64,000 nt of DNA from Thermovirgaceae bacterium (GTDB taxonomy: Bacteria > Synergistota > Synergistia > Synergistales > Thermovirgaceae): contig JAXGIW010000001.1 of NCBI GenBank assembly GCA_040770625.1, positions 435,263-499,262 on the forward strand, in the 5' to 3' direction. Below the pieces are notes generated by a model, which saw nothing but the letters and a program-made list of their open reading frames with translations, did not search any database and was not told where the DNA came from. Positions 26,069 to 35,388 of this stretch are shown one piece after another. Both the position numbers and the translations under genes were made by a program. Every line of letters begins with the position of its first letter. Position 1 is the stretch's first letter.

Positions 26069-27574
26069 GTGCGATTTTTCGACGACCATTCCTCCTTCTG
26101 CGAGAAGCTCCGCCACCCAGTGAGCAGGAGCCTTCTCCGCGACGTCACCGAGGATGAACTGAGAGCTATGGCCGCCCACGAGACGGTGCCCAACAACCAG
26201 GGGGCCTCCCTCTATGTTACGAAGATCCGCTCCCGGAGCGCCGCTTTCACCGAAGTGCTCTACGAGACGGACGAGTCCCTGGTAACGCTCCTGGAACAGG
26301 TTTGGGGTTACCTTAGGTGGCAGCAGATGATACGCGTAACCGCGAGGATAGGCTCCCCGGACCGTCAGCCCCTTTTCGCGAACCTCTACGTGACGCGAAG
26401 GTACGCGAGGATAGCCCAGATGTTCGCCATGAACTTCTCCTTGGAACTGGACCAGGACTACGCAGACATTGTCACCGTGGTGATCCCGGAATGGCATCAA
26501 CGTAAGATCATAGTCCTGCCCAGACAGAGGGTCACCTATATCCTGGGAAGCGACTACTACGGGGAGACCAAGATGGCCACCCTGAGGATGGCCATGCACC
26601 TGGGGCGCGAGACCATGAACGCCCTGGGCCTTCACGCAGGAAGCAAGATCATAAGGGTTAATACTCCCAGGGGGCTTGAAGAGAAGGGTGTGCTGATCTT
26701 CGGGCTATCCGGGACTGGCAAGACCACCATTACCACCGCCGACCACGGCCTCGAGGCCCCGGAGGGCGTGGAGGTGCTCCAGGACGATATCAACATCCTT
26801 CTGCCTAACGGAAGCGCCCTGGGTTCGGAAGCGAACTTCTACATCAAGACCGACAACGTGACGAAGCAGCAGACCCTTCTGTGGGCTGCGCGCGACAGAA
26901 AGGCTCTTATCGAGAACTGCTGGGTGGACGAAGACGGGGAGATCGACTTCGACAACCACGCCATAACTACCAACGGAAGGGCCGTCGTGCCCAGGGAGGC
27001 CATACCAAACACTTCGGGGCGCATAGATCTGGACAGGGTAGACTACCTGCTCTTCAACATGAGGAGGTACGACACTCCGCCCATCGGGCGGCTCACATCG
27101 GCGGAGCAGGCCGCAGCCTATTTCATGCTGGGAGAGTCTACGATAACCAGCGCGGAGGATCCCTCCAGAGTCGGACAGGCCAAGAGGGTGGTGGGCTTCG
27201 ATCCCTTCATTATCGACAACCCCCACACAAACGGGAACAGGCTTTTGAGGATCCTCAGGGACAACCCCGGGATCAGGTGCTACGTCCTTAACACGGGGAG
27301 GATAGGTGGAAAGGACGGGGCTAACATAACCGCCGAAGTCACCTGTTCGGCCATCAGCGAGGCCATGAGGGAGAAACTGGAGTGGCGCTACGACGATATC
27401 CTTGGTTACGAAATACCGAAAGAGCTGCCTGGGCAGGGATCGGCAGAATTTGACCCCTACAGGTGGTACTCCAGGGAGGATTACGCTCAAATGATCGGGA
27501 GCCTTCGCCGGGAGAGGAGGGAGCATCTCCATCAGTTCAAGGGCCTTGCTCCCGAGATCGTGGATGGGGTTTAG
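26069..27574 (+). CDS. pckA: phosphoenolpyruvate carboxykinase (ATP)-like
   Basis: Kinase-1a motif FGLSGTGKTT and length about 500 aa. GTG start 9 nt after GGAGG. Confidence 0.75.
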   Translation: MRFFDDHSSFCEKLRHPVSRSLLRDVTEDELRAMAAHETVPNNQGASLYVTKIRSRSAAFTEVLYETDESLVTLLEQVWGYLRWQQMIRVTARIGSPDRQPLFANLYVTRRYARIAQMFAMNFSLELDQDYADIVTVVIPEWHQRKIIVLPRQRVTYILGSDYYGETKMATLRMAMHLGRETMNALGLHAGSKIIRVNTPRGLEEKGVLIFGLSGTGKTTITTADHGLEAPEGVEVLQDDINILLPNGSALGSEANFYIKTDNVTKQQTLLWAARDRKALIENCWVDEDGEIDFDNHAITTNGRAVVPREAIPNTSGRIDLDRVDYLLFNMRRYDTPPIGRLTSAEQAAAYFMLGESTITSAEDPSRVGQAKRVVGFDPFIIDNPHTNGNRLLRILRDNPGIRCYVLNTGRIGGKDGANITAEVTCSAISEAMREKLEWRYDDILGYEIPKELPGQGSAEFDPYRWYSREDYAQMIGSLRRERREHLHQFKGLAPEIVDGV

Positions 27575-27580
27575 CGGCAA

Positions 27581-27735
27581 GAAGCGTGAGATGTGACGAA
27601 TAAGCGAAAGGCAAGGCGGCAGGGGACAGGGTTAAGGAGGCAGGAAGGGCAGGGTTCGCAGTTGATCCTGGATTCACTTTTCACGAGTTTTTGCCTCTCC
27701 TTCTTCCTTGCCTTTTCACTTCCCCTGCTGTAGTA
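27581..27735. repeat. heptad-type imperfect inverted repeat (locus 3)
   Basis: Left arm is purine-rich with 7-nt periodicity (AAGGCGGC AGGGGAC AGGGTTA AGGAGGC AGGAAGG). Right arm is the pyrimidine-rich mirror (TTGCCTCTCCTTCTTCCTTGCCTTTTCACTTCCCCTGCTG). Confidence 0.6.
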
Positions 27736-27748
27736 TTCCTCCATAGTA

Positions 27749-27776
27749 TGTCAACCTATTAAATTTTTGGTTGACA
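27749..27776. promoter_or_regulatory. candidate BirA (biotin repressor) operator upstream of bioY
   Basis: Perfect inverted repeat TGTCAACC-N12-GGTTGACA, 14 nt upstream of the bioY ATG. The half-sites resemble TGTnAACC / GGTTnACA bio operators. Confidence 0.55.
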
Positions 27777-27789
27777 GTGGAGGTAGGCC

Positions 27790-28344
27790 ATGCGTTTCCC
27801 CGTGAGGATCATGACCCTTTCGGCCCTTTTCGCGGTACTGACCGCCCTCGGGGCCTTCATCAGGATACCCTTCCCCCTTGTCCCCATCACGCTCCAGACC
27901 TTCTTCGTGTTCCTCTCCGGGACCCTTCTGGGGTCACGCGCAGGGGCCCTGGCCCAGGTCCTGTATGTCGGCATGGGGCTTATAGGCCTTCCCGTGTTCA
28001 CCGGGGGGGGGGGTCCCCAGTACATTCTCCATCCCACCTTCGGCTATCTGCTGGGCTTTATCGCCGGGGCCTGGACCATCGGTTTCATATCCGAAAGGTC
28101 CGGGGAGCCCTCCTTCGCCCTGTACCTGACGGCGTGCCTCATTGGGACCGCCGTGATCTACACCGTTGGGGCATTTGTCCTTTATCTGAATCTTAACCAC
28201 GTTGCCGGCAAGGAGACCTCCATCAGGCAGGTACTGGAATTCGGGGTGGCACCCTTCATTGCAGGTGATATTTTCAAGATGCTGGGAACAGCTGCCCTTG
28301 CTTCCAGAGTTGGCTCAAGATTGAGGCAGATCTCCAGAAGATAG
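27790..28344 (+). CDS. bioY: biotin transporter BioY
   Basis: 184 aa multi-TM protein with a BioY-like pattern (TLQTFFV.LSG.LLG...G.GLIGLPVF). Contains a G11 homopolymer at 28003-28013. Confidence 0.85.
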   Translation: MRFPVRIMTLSALFAVLTALGAFIRIPFPLVPITLQTFFVFLSGTLLGSRAGALAQVLYVGMGLIGLPVFTGGGGPQYILHPTFGYLLGFIAGAWTIGFISERSGEPSFALYLTACLIGTAVIYTVGAFVLYLNLNHVAGKETSIRQVLEFGVAPFIAGDIFKMLGTAALASRVGSRLRQISRR

Positions 28345-28413
28345 GCTCAACGCAGCGGAAGGCCATCGGTCCCCATCGGGGGTGATAAACAGTGCCACTG
28401 GCGCTACAATAAT

Positions 28414-29331
28414 ATGCAAATTAAAACTTTTCGTCTTCTCCCGGGGGGCTTTGAAGTGGACCAGGAAGGTGTTCCAGGAAAACAGAAGATCATCATCCTA
28501 ATGTTCGTACTCTATGTTGTATGGGGTTCCGTCTTTCTCGCCAACCGTTTCTCCCTTGAGAGTTTTCCCCCCTTCATGCTGAACGCAGTAAGGTTCCTCT
28601 CCGCGGGCATCTTTCTCTATGTCCTTCTCCGGGTAAAGGGGGAGGAGGGGCTTGACCTTCGGGGCTGGCTCGAATCATTCGTGGTCGGAGCGATGCTTTT
28701 CATAGGAGGAGCCGGACTTCTCTGCGTCGGTCAGCAGTGGGTCGCCTCAGGACTTTCGGCGACACTGCTGGCAACCACGCCCCTGTGGACAGTTCTGTTT
28801 GCCGGTATCTGGGAGAAGATGCCAACTACCACGGAGTGGGCTGGTCTGGGGATAGGTATTGCCGGTGTTGCCCTTCTAAACCTGGACAGGGGCATCAGCG
28901 GCAACCCTCTGGGCGCCGGGATCATACTTGTCGCTTCCATCATCTGGTCCCTGGGTTCCGTGTTGAACAACCGCTTCCAGGGCCTGGGAAAACCGATAGC
29001 GTCAGCTACGGAGATGATTGCGGGAGGGTTGCTCCTGCTCATCCTGTCCCTTCTTGTCGGGGAGAGGATCTCCTGGCCCCTGACGGCCAGGGCTACGATG
29101 GGCATGTTCCACCTGGTAGTCTTTTCCTCGATCATAGGGTTCACCCTCTACCGCTTCATGCTCAGGACGGTAAGGCCGGCCCTTGCGACCAGCTACACCC
29201 TGGTAAATCCCATCACGGCCACGGTTCTGGGAGCACTCTTTGCAGGCGAGAGCGTGTCTCTCGTATCGATCGCCGCCATGGCGGTGGTCCTTACGGGAGT
29301 CTTTCTGGTCTTCAGGGCCAGGGCTATCTGA
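28414..29331 (+). CDS. EamA/DMT family transporter
   Basis: Ten-TM profile with two EamA-like halves. Start uncertain. Confidence 0.75.
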   Translation: MQIKTFRLLPGGFEVDQEGVPGKQKIIILMFVLYVVWGSVFLANRFSLESFPPFMLNAVRFLSAGIFLYVLLRVKGEEGLDLRGWLESFVVGAMLFIGGAGLLCVGQQWVASGLSATLLATTPLWTVLFAGIWEKMPTTTEWAGLGIGIAGVALLNLDRGISGNPLGAGIILVASIIWSLGSVLNNRFQGLGKPIASATEMIAGGLLLLILSLLVGERISWPLTARATMGMFHLVVFSSIIGFTLYRFMLRTVRPALATSYTLVNPITATVLGALFAGESVSLVSIAAMAVVLTGVFLVFRARAI

Positions 29332-29346
29332 GAAAGGGGGAGGAAC

Positions 29347-30072
29347 ATGAGCCTGGACCTTGTCATTGAAAGTGTCTCCGCCGGAGATCTTTCGGTCCTT
29401 ACCGGAGCTGGGATGAGCACCGCCTCGGGGCTCCCCGATTTCCGGGGGAAGGATGGACTCTGGAAGCAGAAAGACCCCCGCCTCCTGGCATCTCTTTCGG
29501 CCATGGAGAACGATCGAGCCGAATTCGTGAACTTTTATCGTTACAGGATAAGGATGTTCGAAGGAGTAAAACCCAACAGGGGGCACCATATCCTGGCTGA
29601 GTGGGAGGCCAGGGGGCTCCTGAAAGGGGTGATCACCCAGAACGTGGACGGACTCCACCAGGAGGCGGGCTCAAGGGAGGTCCACGAACTGCACGGCAAC
29701 CTCAGAAGGGTCCGGTGCTCCCGTTGCAGGGCCGCCTACGAAAGCAGCCTCTTTCTTGAACGGGATGACTGTCCGGCCTGCGGAGGATCCTTGAGACCTG
29801 GTGTGGTCCTCTTCGGAGAGATGCTCCCCGAGGGGCCCATGGACGCAGCGGAAGAGCTCTCCGGGACCGCTTCCTCCTTCCTGGTCCTGGGTTCTTCCCT
29901 GGAGGTATCCCCTGCCAACGCCTACCCTATGCTGGCCAAGAGGGCGGGAGCGAAGCTCTTCATCATCAACATGACCCCGACCCAGCTGGATTACATGGCC
30001 GATGGGGTGATCCACGGCGATATCGTTGAAACCCTTGAGAAGATCGACAAGAGCGTAACGCATGGGTCATGA
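29347..30072 (+). CDS. cobB: NAD-dependent protein deacylase, Sir2 family
   Basis: TGAGMSTASGLPDFRG, QNVDGLH and zinc ribbon CxxC...CxxC motifs. Confidence 0.85.
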   Translation: MSLDLVIESVSAGDLSVLTGAGMSTASGLPDFRGKDGLWKQKDPRLLASLSAMENDRAEFVNFYRYRIRMFEGVKPNRGHHILAEWEARGLLKGVITQNVDGLHQEAGSREVHELHGNLRRVRCSRCRAAYESSLFLERDDCPACGGSLRPGVVLFGEMLPEGPMDAAEELSGTASSFLVLGSSLEVSPANAYPMLAKRAGAKLFIINMTPTQLDYMADGVIHGDIVETLEKIDKSVTHGS

Positions 30073-30185
30073 AAGCGTAAGAGGTTAGAAGCAAGAAGAA
30101 GAGAAAAAAAGAAGCCGAGACCGAGATTGCACAACAGAGGACACGGTTGATCTGTTCTTGTCTTTCCCGTTCACCCTTCATGCCT
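30073..30185. repeat. heptad-type mosaic repeat (locus 4)
   Basis: Purine-rich array GTTAGAA GCAAGAA GAAGAGA..., TTGCACAACAGAGGAC block, and 30148-30176, whose reverse complement matches 3918-3946 at 26 of 29 positions. Confidence 0.7.
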
Positions 30186-30214
30186 TGAAGGGCTTGCGGT
30201 CAAGCGTTACGCCC

Positions 30215-31042
30215 CTACTCCCTCCATCTCTCCAGGTTCTGTAGATAGAGCCGTCTCAGATGGGCCGAAACTGGACCTGGCTTGCCGCCGCCTACGGCCG
30301 TCTTGCCGATCCGGACGACGGGGAGGATCTCCTTTATGCTACCGGTAATGAAGAACTCGGCGCAGAGGGGGAGCTCATCCCTTAAAGGGCATCTCTCCTC
30401 GACGGGGAAGCCTGCATCCCTGGCTATCTCCAGGGTCATTCTCCTCATGGTCCCGGGAAGGACTCTCTCCTCGGGGGCCGTGACTATCTTCCCTGCTGTG
30501 ACCATGAAGGCGTTGCTGTGGGATGACTCGGTTATCTCCCCTCCGGGGCAGTAGAGGACCTCAAGGGCTTCGGGGGCCTCTGCGAGGGGGAGGAAGCTCT
30601 CCAGGTAGTTGATGCTCTTGATGTTGGCCATTGGCCTTGTCTGGTCTACGGGGTGCAGGGAGGCTCCTTCCCTGAAGTCCTTTTCGGGAAGAGGGCAGAG
30701 GGGTTCGAAGAATATGAAAAGACGGGGTCTGGTGAAACCAAGCTCATTGTCGATGGCGTCACCGCCAGTTATGAAGGGCCTGATCTTCACCTCTCCATCG
30801 ACGAGGTCGATGCCTTTTCTTATGATGCCCTTCATGTCCTCCAGGGGCAGGGGGAGGGCGATCCTGCAGCCGGCCGCTGACGAGGCAAGCCTCTCAAGGT
30901 GGGGAGAAAGGGCCATCGGCCTCCTGTCGTAGGTCCTGATGGTCTCGAAGATCCCTACGCCTCTCTGGAAAGCAAGGTCGGAAAGAGGGAGAGATACCTC
31001 GTGAAGTGCCTTGAAAACACCGTCAACGTAACAGACGACCAT
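30215..31042 (-). CDS. class IV aminotransferase (branched-chain / D-amino-acid aminotransferase family)
   Basis: FQRGVGIFETIRTY and downstream fold-type IV blocks. ATG at 31042 has GGAGG 7 nt upstream. Confidence 0.8.
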   Translation of the reverse strand: MVVCYVDGVFKALHEVSLPLSDLAFQRGVGIFETIRTYDRRPMALSPHLERLASSAAGCRIALPLPLEDMKGIIRKGIDLVDGEVKIRPFITGGDAIDNELGFTRPRLFIFFEPLCPLPEKDFREGASLHPVDQTRPMANIKSINYLESFLPLAEAPEALEVLYCPGGEITESSHSNAFMVTAGKIVTAPEERVLPGTMRRMTLEIARDAGFPVEERCPLRDELPLCAEFFITGSIKEILPVVRIGKTAVGGGKPGPVSAHLRRLYLQNLERWRE

Positions 31043-31124
31043 AAGGGAGCCTCCCCGGGAGCTTTGAATTTTGCGACGGAGAACAGTATACTCCATCAGG
31101 TCGGGTTTAAGACTGGAACAAGTG

Positions 31125-31130
31125 TATAAT
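31125..31130 (+). promoter_or_regulatory. candidate -10 element (TATAAT) for the buk-ptb operon
   Basis: GTGTATAAT lies 41 nt upstream of the buk ATG. The -35 is weak. Confidence 0.3.
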
Positions 31131-31171
31131 TTCCATGAAAAGTTACAAGATTCCTTCAGGGAGGCGAAGCG

Positions 31172-32260
31172 ATGGCTTCAGAGATACTCGCTATCAATCC
31201 TGGCTCGACGAGCACGAAGATAGCCTGGTTCTCCGGCAAGGAACGGCTGTGGCAGGAGACGGTGAACCACGATCCGAAGGAGATCTCCTCTTTCTCAAAA
31301 GTTGCCGACCAGTACGAATTCAGGATGAAAACCATCGAGGATGCCTCCAGGACCAACGGGAGCAACCTTGATTCCCTCGATGCGGTCGTCGGAAGGGGTG
31401 GACTTCTGGACCCCATCCCCGGCGGAACCTACAGGGTGGACGAGGATCTTATCAACGATCTCCGCCGGGGGAAACCCTGGGAGCACGCCTCCAACCTGGG
31501 GGGGATAATAGCTGATGCGATCGCCCGGCCCCGGGACATTCCTGCCTTCATCGTCGACCCCGTAGCCGTGGACGAACTGGACGACATCTCGCGCCTGACG
31601 GGCCTGCCGGAGTTCTCCAAGAGATCTCTCGGCCACGCGCTCAACATCAAGGCCACTGTCAGGATGGCTGCCGAGGACCTGGGGAAGCCCTGGGACGAGA
31701 TCGACGTCATAGTCGCTCACCTGGGTGGAGGGATAACCGTGTGCGCCCACCGTCAAGGAAGGATGGTGGACCTCAACAACGCCAACGAGTTCGGCCCCTT
31801 CTCCCCGGAGAGGGCAGGGGGTCTCCCCGCAGGGGACCTTGCACGGCTCTGTTTCAACGGGCGCTACACCATGGAGGAATTGAGAAAACGGCTTGTGGGG
31901 AACGGCGGGCTCAAGGCCTATATCGGGACCAGCGACATGAGGGAGGTATCCTCCAGGGTCGATTCCGGCGATGAAAAGGCGGCCCTGGTCTACAGGGCCA
32001 TGGCACTTCAGATATCAAAGGAGATCGCATCCTTCGCGGCAACCCTTTCAGGAAAGGTCGATGCAGTGATCCTCACCGGAGGGATAGCTCACGATGTCTC
32101 TTTTGTCGGGCTCATCACCTCCCGGATCCAGTGGATAGCACCTGTTCTGGTCTATCCGGGCGAGGACGAGATGAGGGCCCTTGCCCAGGGAGCTTTGAGG
32201 GTCCTCTCGGGACAGGAAGAGGCCCTGGTCTACAGGGACAGCGTTTTAAGGAGGGCATGA
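31172..32260 (+). CDS. buk: butyrate (short/branched-chain acyl) kinase, copy 1
   Basis: ILAINPGSTSTK N-terminus, acetate/butyrate kinase ASKHA fold blocks, 362 aa. Confidence 0.9.
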   Translation: MASEILAINPGSTSTKIAWFSGKERLWQETVNHDPKEISSFSKVADQYEFRMKTIEDASRTNGSNLDSLDAVVGRGGLLDPIPGGTYRVDEDLINDLRRGKPWEHASNLGGIIADAIARPRDIPAFIVDPVAVDELDDISRLTGLPEFSKRSLGHALNIKATVRMAAEDLGKPWDEIDVIVAHLGGGITVCAHRQGRMVDLNNANEFGPFSPERAGGLPAGDLARLCFNGRYTMEELRKRLVGNGGLKAYIGTSDMREVSSRVDSGDEKAALVYRAMALQISKEIASFAATLSGKVDAVILTGGIAHDVSFVGLITSRIQWIAPVLVYPGEDEMRALAQGALRVLSGQEEALVYRDSVLRRA

Positions 32261-32264
32261 TGTA

Positions 32265-33170
32265 ATGTCGTTCGAAACCCTTGATTTTCTGCTTGAAAGA
32301 AGCCAGTCGGGCAAGACCATGGTCCTCGCTGTAGCAGCGCCTCACGGTGAGGACATCCTCGGGGCCGTGGCGGAAGCGAAGGAGAGGGGGGTCGTATCGC
32401 CCATCCTCTACGGAGACAGGAGCAGGATCGAAAAGATAGCCTCTGAGCTCTCCATAGATGTTTCCTCCTTCAACATGGTGGAGGAACCCGACGAAGGCCG
32501 TGCCGCCGAGCTGGCCGTCAAGGCCGTTTCATCGGGGGAGGCCGACCTCCTTATGAAGGGGAACGTCAAGACGGCCACCCTTTTGAAGGCTGTCCTGAAC
32601 AAGGAGTGGGGGCTTCGCTCCGGTTCCCTCCTCTCCCACGTCTTCCTCTTCCAGATACCCAAGATCGGGAAAGTCTTCTGCATGACCGACGGGGGGATGT
32701 CCATGTACCCCGACCTGGCAGCCAAGCAGGGGATAATTGAGAATGCAGTGGAGTGCTACCACAAGCTCGGCATCCAGTGTCCCAGGGTCGCGCTTCTGGC
32801 CGCAGTGGAGGTGGTGAACCAGGACATGCCCTGCACCATCGATGCCGCTGCGCTGACCCAGATGAACCGCCGGGGGCAGATAAAGGGGTGCATCGTTGAC
32901 GGGCCCCTTGCTCTGGACAACGCCGTGAGCGAGGAGTCTGCAAGACACAAGGGGATTGTATCGGAAGTGGCCGGCAAGGCGGACATCCTGGTGGTCCCCG
33001 ACATCGAGGCCGGCAACCTTATGGGCAAGGTCATGCTCTACATGTCGGGCGGACGAGGCGCAGGGGTCATTGTGGGCGCCCGGAAGCCCATCGTCCTGAC
33101 CAGCCGCTTTGATAACGCCGAGACCAAGCTGCTCTCCATAGCCTTCGGGGCGGTGCTGGCGAAAGCATAG
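32265..33170 (+). CDS. ptb: phosphate butyryltransferase, copy 1
   Basis: PTA_PTB family blocks AAVEVVNQDMP...DGPLALDNA...VPDIEAGN. Confidence 0.85.
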   Translation: MSFETLDFLLERSQSGKTMVLAVAAPHGEDILGAVAEAKERGVVSPILYGDRSRIEKIASELSIDVSSFNMVEEPDEGRAAELAVKAVSSGEADLLMKGNVKTATLLKAVLNKEWGLRSGSLLSHVFLFQIPKIGKVFCMTDGGMSMYPDLAAKQGIIENAVECYHKLGIQCPRVALLAAVEVVNQDMPCTIDAAALTQMNRRGQIKGCIVDGPLALDNAVSEESARHKGIVSEVAGKADILVVPDIEAGNLMGKVMLYMSGGRGAGVIVGARKPIVLTSRFDNAETKLLSIAFGAVLAKA

Positions 33171-33245
33171 AAACAAGGCGGCAGGCGACAGGCAAACCCT
33201 CGGTCCCGGTAACCGGTTTTCCTGCCTCCTGATGCCTGACTCCTG
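33171..33245. repeat. heptad-type imperfect inverted repeat (locus 5)
   Basis: AGGCGGC AGGCGAC AGGCAAA ... central CGGTCCCGGTAACCGG ... TTTCCTG CCTCCTG ATGCCTG. Confidence 0.6.
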
Positions 33246-33321
33246 TAGCCTTCGAAGTTTTTACTTAGGGCGTTTAAATGTAAAATGAACGTTATAAATT
33301 TCACGTTGGGAGGTTTCGTTG

Positions 33322-34242
33322 ATGAAAAGGATCACGTCACTGGTCGAACTTCTCGCCTACGCCAAGGAGATCGGTCCCAAGAAGATAGCCGTCGCCCTGG
33401 CGGAGGACGCCGAGGTCATGGAGGCTGTCGAGAACGCACGCAAGGAAGGGGTTGCCGATGCGTTCCTGGTCGGTGATGCCGACAAGCTCAAGAAAGTGAC
33501 CGAGCCGATGGGTATTGACCTTTCGAACTACGAAGTGGTGGATGTAAAGGGCGGACAGGGAGAGATAGGTATCGAGGCCGTCAAGCTGGTCTCCTCCGGT
33601 AAGGCGGATATTCTCATGAAGGGCATGATCTCCACGGCCAACTTCCTGAGAGGGGTCCTTAACAAGGAGGTCGGTCTCCGCAGCGGAGGGACCCTATCCC
33701 ACGTCTACATCCACCAGGTTGAGGGCTACGATCGTATTTTCTTTATCTGCGATCCGGCCTTTAATATAGCTCCCGACTTCCAGACCAAGGTCAACCTGAT
33801 CAACAATACCGTGAACCTTGCCCACGCCTTCGGGATCGACACGCCGAAGGTGGCGGCTCTCGCGGCGGTCGAAGTGGTCAACCAGGACATGCCCTGCACC
33901 ATCGATGCGGCCATGCTGACCCAGATGAACCGCAGGGGCCAGATCAAGGGGTGCATCATCGACGGACCCCTGGCGCTGGACAACGCCATCAGCGAAGAGT
34001 CTGCGAAGCACAAGGGGATAGTCTCCGAGGTGGCCGGTCATGCCGACATCCTCCACGTCCCGGACATCGAGGCAGGGAACATGCTCGCCAAGGCCATAGT
34101 CTACTTCGCCAATAACAAGACGGCCGGGCTGGTCCTCGGAGCCAAGGCGCCCGTGGTGCTCACCAGCAGGTCCGATTCGCCCGAGACGAAACTGCTCTCT
34201 ATTGCTTCCGCGGTCGTCCTCTCGGCCTACGAGAAGAAATAG
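33322..34242 (+). CDS. ptb: phosphate butyryltransferase, copy 2
   Basis: Same PTA_PTB blocks as copy 1. ATG at 33322 lies 8 nt after GGGAGG. Confidence 0.85.
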   Translation: MKRITSLVELLAYAKEIGPKKIAVALAEDAEVMEAVENARKEGVADAFLVGDADKLKKVTEPMGIDLSNYEVVDVKGGQGEIGIEAVKLVSSGKADILMKGMISTANFLRGVLNKEVGLRSGGTLSHVYIHQVEGYDRIFFICDPAFNIAPDFQTKVNLINNTVNLAHAFGIDTPKVAALAAVEVVNQDMPCTIDAAMLTQMNRRGQIKGCIIDGPLALDNAISEESAKHKGIVSEVAGHADILHVPDIEAGNMLAKAIVYFANNKTAGLVLGAKAPVVLTSRSDSPETKLLSIASAVVLSAYEKK

Positions 34243-34260
34243 CTCCTGCCGGGGTCCCGG

Positions 34261-35337
34261 ATGAAATCCGCCGTCATTCTCGCCATCAACCCCGGCTCCA
34301 CCAGCACAAAGGTGGCGCTCTACAGGGGTTCCGAGGAGGTCTGGTCGGATACCCAGAGGTACGATGCAGACCGGATAGAGGAGTTTCCTGACATCCCTGC
34401 CCAGGAGCAGTTCAGGCTTGAAGAGATCCGCAAGGCGCTGAAGGGGAAAAATACAGAGCTGACTGGTCTTGACGCAGTTGTGGGAAGGGGCGGTCTCCTT
34501 CGCCCCATCCCCGGCGGGACTTACAGGGTCAGCCAGGAGATGCTCGAGGATCTCAGGAGCTGCCGGTATGGCTCCCACGCAAGCAATCTCGGGGGTCCGC
34601 TGGCAAAGATGATCGCCGACGAGGCCGGCGGCCTCCCCGCCTTCATAGTTGACCCTGTGGTGGTCGATGAACTGGCGGAGGAGGCCCGCCTTTCCGGGAT
34701 CCCTGAGATCGAGAGAAGGTCGATCTTTCACGCCCTCAACCAGAAAGCCGTGGCCCGGAGAGCCTCAGCCGGACTTGGCAAAAGCTACGAAGAGGTGAAC
34801 CTCATAGTAGCCCATATGGGGGGAGGGATATCCGTAGGGGCCCACTGCAGGGGAAGAGTGATCGATGTCAACAACGCCCTCGACGGAGAGGGGCCCTTCG
34901 CTCCCGAGAGGGCAGGTTCCCTTCCCGCGGGAGAGCTTGTCAAGTTCGCCTTTTCATCGGGGTTACAGCTAGAAGGGCTTATCAAGAAGATGGTAGGTGG
35001 AGGTGGCCTTGTGGCCCATCTCGGTACCAATGACCTCCGGGAGGTCGAAAAGAGGATCGCCCGGGGGGATGAAATGGCCAGTCTCGTTTTCAGGGCTATG
35101 GCCTACCAGGTCGCCCGTGAGATAGGGTCAAGGGCGGCGATCCTCTCCGGTGATGTGGATGCCGTGGTCCTCACCGGAGGGCTGGCCTTCAGCGAACAGT
35201 TCGTAAAGGATATCTCTCAAAGAGTGGCCTTCATGGCTCCGGTAATGGTATTCCCGGGAGAGGACGAGATGAAGGCACTGGCAGAAGGCGCTCTAAGGGT
35301 GTTGAACGGGGTGGAGAAGGCCGGGGAGTACGTTTAA
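34261..35337 (+). CDS. buk: butyrate (short/branched-chain acyl) kinase, copy 2
   Basis: ILAINPGSTSTK N-terminus, collinear with copy 1. Confidence 0.9.
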   Translation: MKSAVILAINPGSTSTKVALYRGSEEVWSDTQRYDADRIEEFPDIPAQEQFRLEEIRKALKGKNTELTGLDAVVGRGGLLRPIPGGTYRVSQEMLEDLRSCRYGSHASNLGGPLAKMIADEAGGLPAFIVDPVVVDELAEEARLSGIPEIERRSIFHALNQKAVARRASAGLGKSYEEVNLIVAHMGGGISVGAHCRGRVIDVNNALDGEGPFAPERAGSLPAGELVKFAFSSGLQLEGLIKKMVGGGGLVAHLGTNDLREVEKRIARGDEMASLVFRAMAYQVAREIGSRAAILSGDVDAVVLTGGLAFSEQFVKDISQRVAFMAPVMVFPGEDEMKALAEGALRVLNGVEKAGEYV

Positions 35338-35388
35338 GTTCTGACAGCGAGCGACACAGGGCCCCCAGGTGCCCGGGAAGGAGACAGA

